Origin: Ascidiella aspersa
Taxonomy: Eukaryota
Direction: 5' to 3'
Assembly (NCBI GenBank): GCA_963924565.1
Contig: OZ004613.1
Location: 10,230,001-10,294,000 of the forward strand
DNA length: 64,000 nt
In this document: positions 11,101-23,100 of the stretch, piece by piece
Layout: the number at the start of each line of letters is the position of its first letter
How positions within the stretch are numbered: position 1 is the stretch's first letter
The notes under the pieces: model-generated
Databases searched by the model: none
What the model was told of the DNA's origin: nothing
Seen by the model: only the letters and a program-made list of their open reading frames with translations
Program-made: the position numbers and the translations under genes

Positions 11101-14100
11101 TCAGGCCACAAGATTGATCGCTCACCCGAAGTAGTGTTAACCTCCATTGGCAAGCACACGGCCGTCTTTGTGTAGCTGTTGACGCCCACTAGCGGTAGCA
11201 CTGCAAAGAGCAGAGCCAGAAGCCAACCGACCAACATAATGATTCGTCCGCACTTAAGCGTCATGCGCTTGTCCAGCTGGATTGCATAGCGGATAGCGTA
11301 CCTGCGCGTCAACAAACAGGGAATTAAAAGAAAATTGAGCTTAAAAGTGTAAATTGAAAGGAATGGTTTCAAAACTCTATAGGTTTCCCAACTTCTGCCA
11401 GATTTTTTTTCTACTTAATGTAATTTTGTATCGGGTATACATATCCGTTTGAGATTGCCTACTTGTTTTTTTAGCTGGTTGTATCACTATACCCATTTAT
11501 TAGGACTGTAAAACTTGCCTGAACATAGCATAACTAAGTCTTCACTTTAGTCCAAATATCGGTAACGGATAGACAAAAAAATAAAAATAAAAAATCCCTG
11601 TAAATTTCTCTTAAACTTCCAAACCTACAAGAACAGTCTCGTCAATACAATATTCTTCAACAAAAAAACACAATAGCCGGTCAAGCGAAAAACGCCCTTT
11701 TAGCTACTCACCATCTCTCTAGCGACACCACGCTCAAGGTGTACACCGACAGCTGCGAGGAGAAGACCGAGAGAAAACCAGTGACGTCACAGCCACCTTG
11801 GGCCTGCCACTCGACGCCGTACTTGTAGTACTGACCAGCGCTGCGCCGGTCCATGGCCGACAAGGCCAGCACATACAATCCCATGCAGAAGTCGGCAAAG
11901 GCCAGGTTGAGGATGAGGAATTTCGGTACCGTAAGATGGCGCTGCTGAGTACGCGACTTGTCAACTGCGACGACGAGGAGAACTAATATAACAAAGAAGT
12001 TGCCGAAGACTGCTAGCAGCGCAACGGCCCACGAGATGACGATTAAGCCTCGGTCTCCCAGTAAGTCCTCGCACGGATTGAAGGAGTCCGGCGCCGGAGT
12101 ACACTGGATGCGATTCTTGTGCACTAGAGGGCGCAGCTTGCCGTCCTCGCCGCGGTAGCAACGGCGCTTGGGCTTGGTCGATACGTTGACGACGCGAACT
12201 GGTTCCGACTTCCAGCCAGCTGCGGCCGACTCGGGACTCGCCTCGCTGTAAATAGAGAAATCAGGTTAATTATGAAAACAACTTTATTCAATTATATAAC
12301 TTGGTGTTTCAGTTCAACTGTGCCCAAGTATCATTAGCGCCGACTCGGGACTCGCCTCGATATAAAAGGTGAAATCGGGTTAATTGCGAAAAACACAACT
12401 GCAGACCTGCAACTTTACCTAGAACTAAGAACTGACCCCGATGCACGTGAAAAATACTTCAGTTAATTACAGACCCCCGATGCAAGTGAAAAATACTTCA
12501 GTTAACTTAGTGTCCCAGTTTAACTGTTACCACGTATTATTACCGCCGACTCAGAACTTTACTCGCTCCAAATTGAGAAATCAGGTTAATTGTGAAAACA
12601 ACTTCATTCAATTACACAGCTCGATGTTTCAGTTTAACTGTGGCCCGGTAGTATTAGCGTCGACTCGGGACTCGCCTCAATATAAAAGGTGAAATCGGGC
12701 TATAGTTGTGAAAAAACACATTTGGTGCCCTTAAGTGTGTTCCAGAATAATCCCCACCGATTCAGAACTATTCTCGCTGCAAATTGAGAAATCAGGATAA
12801 TTGTGAAAATAACTTCTGTCTATTACACAACTTAATGTCCCAGCTTAACCGTCCCCAGGTATTATCGGCACCGATACGGGCTGGCCTCGTTGCAAACGTG
12901 TAAAGTCGATGAAATTCATTTGGACAAAATTAAACCGTCTCAGCAAATGTCCTCACTTGAATCAATTTATTTAAGCTTGACCAAAGTTCTTTAGATAACA
13001 ATAAATGTACCGACATATATTAGTAAAAAAGTATTTGCCGAAAGAACAATTATACATTTGGCTTTTGTCGTTTAGTTTAGACTAGAGTCGTTTAGGCAAA
13101 AAATCTTGTCTACATTTAAGCCATTTCGACAAAATAAACTGAGTGATTCTTAGTTATTTCGACAAAATTACGTAACTCTAAGCAAACTGCCTTAAACTAA
13201 AAACCCAATTTCATACTTTATCGATTTTGCTTAAAGGCTAAGTTTATCGTGAAAAATCCTTTAAGTTGTTCTCAATCGTTTTTGTCAAAACAAAATTTGT
13301 CACAATAGTTTTTTCTAACCTTGAACCCAGCAAAGAGTTACATTTGCTCTGTGCTGATTTTTAATTTTTCTTTGCGAAAGATGGCTAAAATTCGATTGAA
13401 AACAATTTTGCATTATTGTATACCAATGTATTGGTTGTGTAGAAAGAAGTTGTGTTCCGCTTTGTTTTGCTGGTTTTGGATTATTTTAAGGCTGCCTTTC
13501 TATGAAATGGGAAACTTGTACACAACAAACTTATCTGTATTGTGGTGTAGTTTTTACACGGGAAAGGTATTCTCGCCTAAACTATTTACAGCTGCGGTTT
13601 GATTTAACGAAATTCCCGTGTACAAGCGTGCGATCGTGTAAACTGTCAGGGAGCATGGAGAAACGTTTTACCGAACATGGGTTGATTGATTGTTGTTTTA
13701 TCGAATCTCTATAGCAAAGGTCGTCGACCGTAAATGCTGCGCGGATTTTGGAAAATATTCGGCAGTTGGAAAACGATTAAATAATAAAACGACTAAATTA
13801 GCATACTTAAAATGGCAAATGCGTTCATGACCGACGCCTCCCAAATTGAAATCGGAAATTCGACATTACTTGATGTCAGTAGAAATTTATTTTTCCCATT
13901 CAAAATCTATTAAAGCAATCAGGGTCGTGGAAATCAAAGGTTTCTCAGTCACAAACCGCCCATCTGAAAACCAGAAAATTTATTTTTTTACCCACGCAAA
14001 ACCGATTTGATTTATTACGACCAAACCTAGGGAACTGCGCAAGTTGGCAGAAGGCCTATACCCTCTTTCCCCGTATGCTATTATTTTTACTCGGCGTACA

Positions 14101-17100
14101 ATTGCAGGCGCACTGGATCTTAGGGTTAGCCGCAACTTTAACGATTCCCCTCACATTGCCGCTCAAAATTTGGCGCACAAGAGCCGTTTGTGACGTCACA
14201 CAAGGGACAGCGCGGTTTCGAACGCTCCGGGCCACGTCCTCGTTTTCTGGAATGTTGATTCGAATCTCGGCGCGTTATCGATAAAGAACGCTGCGCCGTC
14301 GAATTAACCCGGCGGTCAAACGCACAAACACACACGCACACACATAGTCCACACACAAACATAGCCCACACAACACATACATATCCAGTCCACACACATA
14401 TAGTCCACACATCAGTTCACACAATACACACACAGACCACACACAAACACACACACACACATAGTCCCAACAACACACATACAGTCCACAAAAAACACAC
14501 ACACAGTCCACACCATGGCTCTGATACCCAACCTTGTACATTCACTAATTGGGAATTGCGGGCTTTCCTCAACGACGTGGCACACGATGCTGCTATTTCG
14601 GGATCTCTCGTGGCCAGTAATGCTTTTCTATCACAAATAATCTCGACAGTTTTCCGGCAGAAATCCGAGCGGCGGGCTGTTATCGCCAAACGTTTTCGCG
14701 CCGCTGCTAAACTTGTTGTTGACAACTTAACAAGCTTTTACCGAGTTTTGTATCAATATCGCTTAAAATAAGAAATCGACGAAACTTTAACGTCAATAAA
14801 AATCACGGTCGTTTTACCAACTTTACCATTATAATAATATTTCTTCAATTCACATGTACTATTAAATTAAAAAGCTCGTTTCACCAATTTCCTAATGTTG
14901 GATGATAGCAATTTTTCAATTCGTACTATTTTCTTTTTAAAAGGCGCGTTGAAATTGCATTGAAAAGTTTTACGTAAGAGCGTTGAATAAAGCGAAGTTA
15001 ATTATAGTTGTTATACTGACTATATCAACTTTTCTCTCGAACAAAAGGTAAATTTGTTCGGATTACGAAAGTTACGGAAGGATAAGTCGAAGAGCGCGTT
15101 TTCCTTATCACTTATCGCAGTCCGCTTTATCGAAAATCTTCCGATCTAGCGGCTATCTCTTCCCGAAAGCGTCGTGTGAGGGCTTAAGCTGGCAGCAAAT
15201 CGTACCTTTTAGCAGCCGTGTAAGCCGGCCAACCCCATAAACACCTTAAATTCCGCAAATCGGTGTGAGGGAAAGCGCAAAAATGCTTAAATGAATTCCG
15301 CTTGTGCAACCGTTAAACGCTGGATTAGGCACAGATAAGGGGATTTTAAGCCAATCCGTTAATAAAAATTTAATTGGCAGGCGACTTCTTGTCTCTCGAT
15401 ATCATTATAAAAAACTACCAATGAAAATATGTCTCGCGTTCTTTTTCATTTTTTCCTTTTTTTATATATATTGTACTACGACCGTGTGTTGTCATTCGCA
15501 CTTAAAAATGCGATATGAATAGGTTGCCGAAACGTTGGTTAACCATTACAATTACCAAAGGAGCTGCTTTTAATTATTATTAAGCCATTTTGTGTTCCAT
15601 TAACGGAATAAGCCTTATTACGATTTAGAGAAATACTAAATTTTGGAAAGTCGACCATTAATCATACTATACATTATGTAGCGGTGCGCGGTGCGGTATC
15701 CCCAACATTTATAACGAGTACGCTGTATTGCCAGCGGCTGTGTATATGGCCTTGTATATAGAGATAAGCGCGGTGGCGGTGTATTGCAACTGTGCCAAGT
15801 TGCATAAACAACGGCTCCGAGTTGCGTCGCCAAAGCGACTTTATTTGCTGTTGCGCTTCTATAGGCTTTGTGATTAGTTGGCAGCTCGCAGATGTATACA
15901 AACAAGCACCGCGAGTGAAATTTCGGCGATATGAGTTGAAAAATGTAATCGCTTGGTGCGTTATCGAGCAAAAATATTTCTTTATGTTGTATTTAAACTC
16001 GTGTGGAACAAAACGAATTCCGCATAAGGCCCAAGGCTTAGAGTTCAGAAATCCGTTGGCTATACGTGGAAATAAATTGGTTCCAAACGGCTTATCTTGA
16101 TAGTCTGACCTAAACCCCGTCTTCGTAGGGTATTTGGGAAAATTCATTATGACCCGCAGCAGTTTATCCCTTATAAATACATGATATGGAATTCAAAGTG
16201 CCTGAGTCGCCCATTTTGTTTCAAAGCTAAGATTTACATTTCTTCTAAAACAAATTTTAATTAAAATGTAAATACACTGCAACGAAATTCTTTCATCTAA
16301 TTTCATTTTTAACACTTTCACACATAACTGTTTTAATTTTGTTTTAAAGCTGTGTCCCTGTTTTGAAGATATTCGGTCAACACAAAAAGGTTGAACGGAA
16401 CAACATTAGAGTGCTGAAGTTTATTGTTTGTTGTTTTAATAAGTACGAGATAAAAACCATCGAAATTTAATTTACCTAGAATGGGACAACATTAGACAAC
16501 TTAACCTTTTGAGTCTCCGTTGCGTGTTACACAACGTTCACACAATCAAATTGCTTATTGTTATGTTTACATATCTCTTTGCAAAGGAGAAGGATTGCAA
16601 TTTTTGCCTTCATCCAAATGGCTTAATTATAACGTCTTCCCAGAAGATGCTGTGTCATAATTTAGCCACAAAACGCTGTGAAAAGTACTGTTACCTATCA
16701 GTGGCGCCCCAGTTGAGCAGTAGGTCCTTGTTCCGGTCAGGGTCCGGATGTTCTTCGAAAGACTCGCTTGCAAAGAAGTCATCGAAGTTGTACTCCGAGT
16801 CGAAGTAAGAGGCTGGACAAGAGCGAAAAAATGTGTCAGTCAAACATAACCAAATCACAATAACGTTTAGCGGTGCTTTAGTGCATAATCATGATAAATG
16901 CCGATTTTTTGGGAAAGCTGGTTAAAGTATAACTTATAATTCGATGCGATACAAAACTACATTAATCATGTTCGTAATCTGAAGGCTGCTTAGATTTAAA
17001 CACCCATCGTCGGCGTTAAGTATAGCCTGATGTCGTAAACGACAAATTTGATGGGTTTACTTTAGAGCCCAATCATTTTCAAATGGAGGACAACTACTTG

Positions 17101-20100
17101 TGCGATTTTTTGTGCACTTCTCGCAGTAAAGTATAAATAATTTAAGTATTACTCTGTCGTAGTTCGAAAATCAACGTTAATTCTTCAATAAAAGATACAC
17201 ACGCATAAGTGTGCAGCAACTGTGATTTAGACCGCTTTTTGACCAACGGTTACGGCTGCATCCCCATCAGTGTTAATTTGCTTGTACTAACAGAATGTAA
17301 CAATTATTGGCGTATGATTGTTTCTGGGCTTCCTTTCCTCTGTGTAGATAAATTGGTAAAGCGACGGTTGCGGTATGGCCCGAGGTCATGAGTTCGAACC
17401 TCACTAAAGGCTATAGTTGTTTTCTAAGGCTACTTTACTTGCATCATTGATCGACAGCTTCGGTGAGTCTGCCATCGCTTTCGGTGTGCACTTAAATTCT
17501 TCAGACGAAAATCGTCTTCAAACACCCACGCATACCGCCCGCCAAATTTTCGAGCAATTTCGTTGCAAACTTACCATTAAAGCTTGTGTCGGCGTCCATT
17601 TGAAAAGAGTCGTTAAAGGGTGAATCGGAGGGGGCTTCCGAATCCTCCCACCCAGCTTCGGTCGTCCCCACTTCGTCTTCGTCTTCCTCGCAAGGAACGT
17701 CCGGTAAACTGTCCGTCTCCTGGAACACCTTGATAGTGGGAAACAGAATATTCAGGCTTGTATGTTTTTCTACAATATAAAAATGTTAAGACAGGGAAAT
17801 ATGTAGGACGAGTTTCTTTAATTTGAGAAATTATACAGTGCGGTACGTTACCGTCATTTCAAATATATTGTTTATATTTATTTCCTCAAAAGATTGATAT
17901 TTCAAAACAAAATACAAAACTCATAAATCCTTTTTTTCATAACGATAAAAATCGGCAGAACTCTTTCTGAAATTTAAGTGACGTCATTTAAAAAGTTAAC
18001 TTGAGTGCAAAAGTCATTGATTTAAGTCAATACAACACGTACATACATCCCGAACGTGCTGCACATGAACTCACTACAAAATCTAACGAATGAAAATTTT
18101 AAACTGAAGGTAATGAAGTCATGACACACATAATTACTTTTTTTTAATTTTTTAATAAGGACTTTAAACAATTTAAATTTTTCTCACTTCGCCGAATCCG
18201 TACTGCTCGTTGAGGGAGCAACAGTGTGCCGGGTACGTTACTTCCGCTTTGTGGAGATCCGGAAGCTGACTGGAGGTTGGGAACCGGACCAGCTTGGGGG
18301 TGTCCGACACGTCCAGAATGGCCAGGTTGCCCAATCCTTCCACAGGTAAATCCGAGATGGACGTGTCACGTAGAGACCTGCAGAACGAGAGTATTTTTTT
18401 GAATGTGGGGCCAATTCACGCTGTAATATTGTCTTAAAATTTGTGTTCCCGAAATCCCTGTGTCTGTAATTTATACGGTCAAAAAACCTAGTTTGCGATA
18501 CAGATAACCACATAAAACCAAGTTTGCTTTTCAATACTAATGTGTTTGTCAGAGAGGCATTTAAACAATGGTTAATTTACCTTTGAACTAACTGGTAACT
18601 CAAGACAAATTCAGTAATATACCATTTTAGCAAATAAGTTCAGACATTCTCATATCGCGACTCACATGTTTTCTTTCACCTGACATGTGAAAATTAAGAA
18701 CGTTTATGTCAATTTCGTTTTTTAGACAATTGAGAAATTCTGGTCAATGTGTGTTTATTGTGTGAATATTGATGGTATAGAGTCCTACGCAAAACACTTA
18801 CAGTGAGTGGATACTCTTCATCCCAGAAAAGACACCGGCGTGCAAGTTCTTCAATGCGCTGTTGTAATCTAAGCTCCTGTAAGAAATTATTTTGTTTTAA
18901 TTGTTAATTTAACACATACAAAATGCCATATAAGAGGCGCTATACAAGAACGCAATTTAAAGCGATTTTAATAATTTGAATAAGCATCGATTAAAAATAT
19001 TAACATAAAGAAAACTATGAAATGATTAAGAGCTTAATATACACTTCAAACAACAAAGTCCAAACAGAAAATCTAATTTTTGACATTGTTTTAACGTATA
19101 ACTACAACCTCCAGTAACTATGCTCCAAAATTAAAAGTGTTTTAAAAAACTTTGTATTTCAAAAAAAAAATGGCGAGGGCAATTCAACCAACTCACAATT
19201 TTGTCACTCTGCTGTCGAGGAAGGCATGCTTGTCAACCTTTTTCAGTCTCGGGTTCGATTCGATTATTCTGGAAACAAATATTTCACGAGTTAATCAAGC
19301 GGATTGGGTTTTCCGCTTGGGAGCGCTTTGCGACGGACAAAGTTCGATTCAGCAGCTTCGGAACAAAAGGGAATTCGAGTGGACGATACGCGAAATGTAA
19401 TTTTTAAATAGGTCGCGTGTCACGGATACGAATCATCACATGTTGAGGGGGTTATTTCGATTTTGTATGCACACGGCTCTTGAGCGACGAATGTTGTTGT
19501 GTGCGTATATCAGGGGGAAATACGCCAGCACAAGACACCATTAACGCCATGATTCCGCCACTATACAGTTCAGAGCGGTACAACCCCGGTCATTTCTCAA
19601 CTTCGCGTGTCGTAACTACTTTGCAAAAGGTGCCTTTAAACGGTGTTATGAGTAGTACTGTCGCGTGTTAACCCCTAATGCCTTTCACGGCGAATTAACA
19701 GCTAGACGGCGTCAATTCTCATAAAGCCAGCGGCCAGGATTTGTACGCAAACGACTTCCAATTAGTGACATTGAGTCCCTCTGGAAGCCTACAGCTATGT
19801 GCAATAGCTCAGCCACTCATGCGCCCGCCCCACGGGACCTGATTAAGTCGGGTTAAACGATCGTGTAAGTTGAGTTAAGCACTTAGACATCTATGCAAGT
19901 TCGACCGCTGGCCTGCTCGACTGCTGGCGCGTCTCTACAGATAGAGTCTCTCGGGCTATTATGGGCGCTCCGCCCGCCCCGTGCGCATGATACAAGTGCG
20001 GAGGTATGTCAGTCACAGTTCTTCTCGCTTATTTGCCCACGTAAGACCCTGTGCGAATCAATTGAGCATAGCTCATGGTGCTATTAATTCGAGGTTTATG

Positions 20101-23100
20101 TGTCGCAAAGAGCATTTTATAAACTTATCCTGGCACAGAAAAAGTTTTATTTTAACGAATCGAAACTCAAAATATGAAACATAATTTAAGTAAATATTCT
20201 GTTTTGTGTCTCGAAGTGATTTTATTTTCCATTTTGCTGCAAAAGCATCATATATTTTTGGAATCAGAATAAAACTACAGTCCAAACTTTAATGTTATTG
20301 CATGTCTGACTTTTTGTTTTGACTCCTTTAATAAAGGGGTAGTTTTATTGCCGATTAAATGTCTTAACTCGGGCAACATGTAAAAATATTCTTGACAAAA
20401 TATGGCGTCCCAGTTTTTTTCTCCGCTTAAAACCACTTGCCAAGCAAAATAAAAATAAATGTGCAACAGTAGGCCACAAACAGAAATGTCACTTACAGCT
20501 TAAAATCGGTGGAACTAAGATTGTAGAAGGCTTTGGATTGAATAACTTCCAGTCGCTGGTTGTGGGAGAATGTTCTGGAATGAAACAAATCACTAATTAC
20601 ACTGGTCAACACAATTTTTCTTGCACGGGGTTTTCCAACTGATTCTATAGTGTAGTTTTGTCCACTGACTACAAATCTGATGTCATTAGTTTTTTCCTAT
20701 CACTTTAAATCAGTGTTTCCCAAACTTTTTTTCTCGCGTACCATTTTGAGCTTTTGTACAGTGTTCATGTACCACCTAAGTTACATCTGACTAGAATATC
20801 TCAAACTATACCTATTTTAGCATATAGATAAGAAAATGAGCATGTAGCTGTATTAGAGTTTAACAACTATCATTCCAGGAAGACTTAAAAGCCATAAATT
20901 AAGCAAAACACAGCAAATAGTTTTAATGCGATGGATGTAGTTGTTTTTTTCGCGACCAGCTGGTTGAGATGTCGTCGGGAGTATGCTTGGTTTCATAGCT
21001 GAATTAGCAAGCGCCTTCATACAAACAACATATTGCGGAACAGCTTCTCTATTGTGTTCAATAGCGATAAACCCGTAGTTTATGTAGCCTAAGTCTGGCT
21101 GTACTTTCGTTTAGACATGTTCCTAGTATAGTTAAATTAAACAAAATTAAATTCTCACACTATTCCTCTATTTTAAAAGAAATTACAGTAGTTCAATATG
21201 TACGAAATATCATTATACATATGGCAATACTACACTGCTGCTCTTCAGTTTATTACTACTTACATATTAAACCAGCCAAAAATTAACGTTTTATTATCTT
21301 CAACAAGCTAAGTGTTACGTCATAAACGTACGAAACCTCAAATTAAAGGTAATTAAAACGCAACATTGCAAATACCCAATCTGAAAGTTTTAAAAGTTGA
21401 AAGTTTTCGCAAGTTTATACATATGCTTTAAAAAGTTTTCGCAGATTTATACGTAGTCGCGTACCACCTGAAAGACTCTCGCGTACCACCGGTGGTACGC
21501 GTACCACAGTTTGGGAACCACTGCTTTAAATGTTAGAGTGATTGAATTTAAACTATTCTAGCGTAAACTGCTATTATAAGTTCTAAGTAGAAAAATCGGA
21601 CTAACAATATTGTGAATCCGAAATATTATATATCCGTTCGAAATGGCCTACATCAGATCGTCCCGAATTGGGGGGTTTGCAACCTTACTGGGGTCGCACA
21701 ATGAGTTTTAAAGGCGACGTATAGCCTTTATTTATGTTACAAAAGTGTCTGTATAAATTGTACTTTTGATTTTTCGAAACAAATGCCCAGCACAATCCAT
21801 AACTGAGCTATGCAGTGCATTCAACAAAACTTAAACTTAAAGGTTTCCGAAGCCCTGGCCTACATGATCAGGGCCAAACCGGCGTTGAAAAACAAGCCAA
21901 GTTCATTAACGTTTGGGTAATGCAGTTTTAAACGCGGGCAGGACCCCAGGGGTTTGGGGAACAGAAGTAGTCCTGTAGGTTGTAACTCGCGACGGGTGGC
22001 AGGCAGATGTCTGTACGTTTGACGTGTGCCTTGGATAGGACTTTCTCCTGGTTGATAGACCTGGCGGGTTCACAGTCGACGAATTACAGCATGATCACAG
22101 TTTCCGGATTTAGAATTGCAATGCGGCGGTTACAATTTGAATTACTCGAGCAGTTGTGTGGCAAGTTGTTCAATGGTCTTGGCATAACCACATAACTTGT
22201 TTATAGGTTATGATTTAACTTTTGTTTCAAAATTGCCGGTCAATGGAAAATGCTATATTCTAGAGACGCAAAATGAGCCTAAGAGCAACAAGGTTAATCT
22301 TACGGGAATGTACAAAATCAATTTTCTTGAAGTTTGTTTATTTTTCTAAATAATGATTGGCAACAAATCGGGGTTGACTTGAATATATTTGAAACGGACA
22401 TATACACAATGTGCGTTCTGTGTTCAAGCTCTTATGGAGTCGTACTGGCCAACGATAACGGAACACCTTATAAAGTACAAACGGTGCCTGCCGAAAGGCT
22501 TACCGAAATCACCCAGTCTGCTCAGGATAACAGTATTTGAATACATCTGTTTAAAACTCACATTGTGATTTCGCTCCTTAGAAAGGCTGCTCTCATTCCA
22601 CTGAATCCCTCAACTTGCTTCAGGCCGGTACCTTTCAGGCTTCTGTAAAATTATAAGCGTATCGTTTCAGAAAGCCGTTCTACGTCCCGATTTTAACGTG
22701 TTTGAAACATGCGCGGTCTAAGACTATATACATATGCCTAACTAACTACATATGAACAAAGGAAAATTACTATAAATAGGTGTTATACTTAATATCAGTT
22801 CGAAGGAGAAATATTTGCGCTATCATGACCACTATAGAACTCCTCGGTCACAAGCTTAAGGATTTTAGGCAAGGTTTATCCCGTGAAATGCTTGAAAAGA
22901 AGTACTCACAGCGCAGTGAGGTGAGGAAGATTTTCAAAAGCTGATGGCGAGATGAAGATAAGGTTATTCACATTGTCAAAGTAACTGAAACAGAAAATGC
23001 AAATGATTAAAACGAGTTACAGTTCTACGGTTTGATTTCTTGGACAATTTTGTTGTATTTTTTAAGGCAATTGTATTGTAAAAGCAATTAAGTCGCCATA

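Noticed and set aside
12225-12915. CRISPR-like or prokaryotic repeat array
   Set aside because: Whole units are homologous with no unique spacers; eukaryotic intron context; no cas genes.
14138-14725. Cys/Val-rich ORFs
   Set aside because: Translation of the (TG)n microsatellite.
17342-17415. Intact tRNA gene
   Set aside because: Has A/B boxes but no proper acceptor or anticodon stems; treated as a SINE head.
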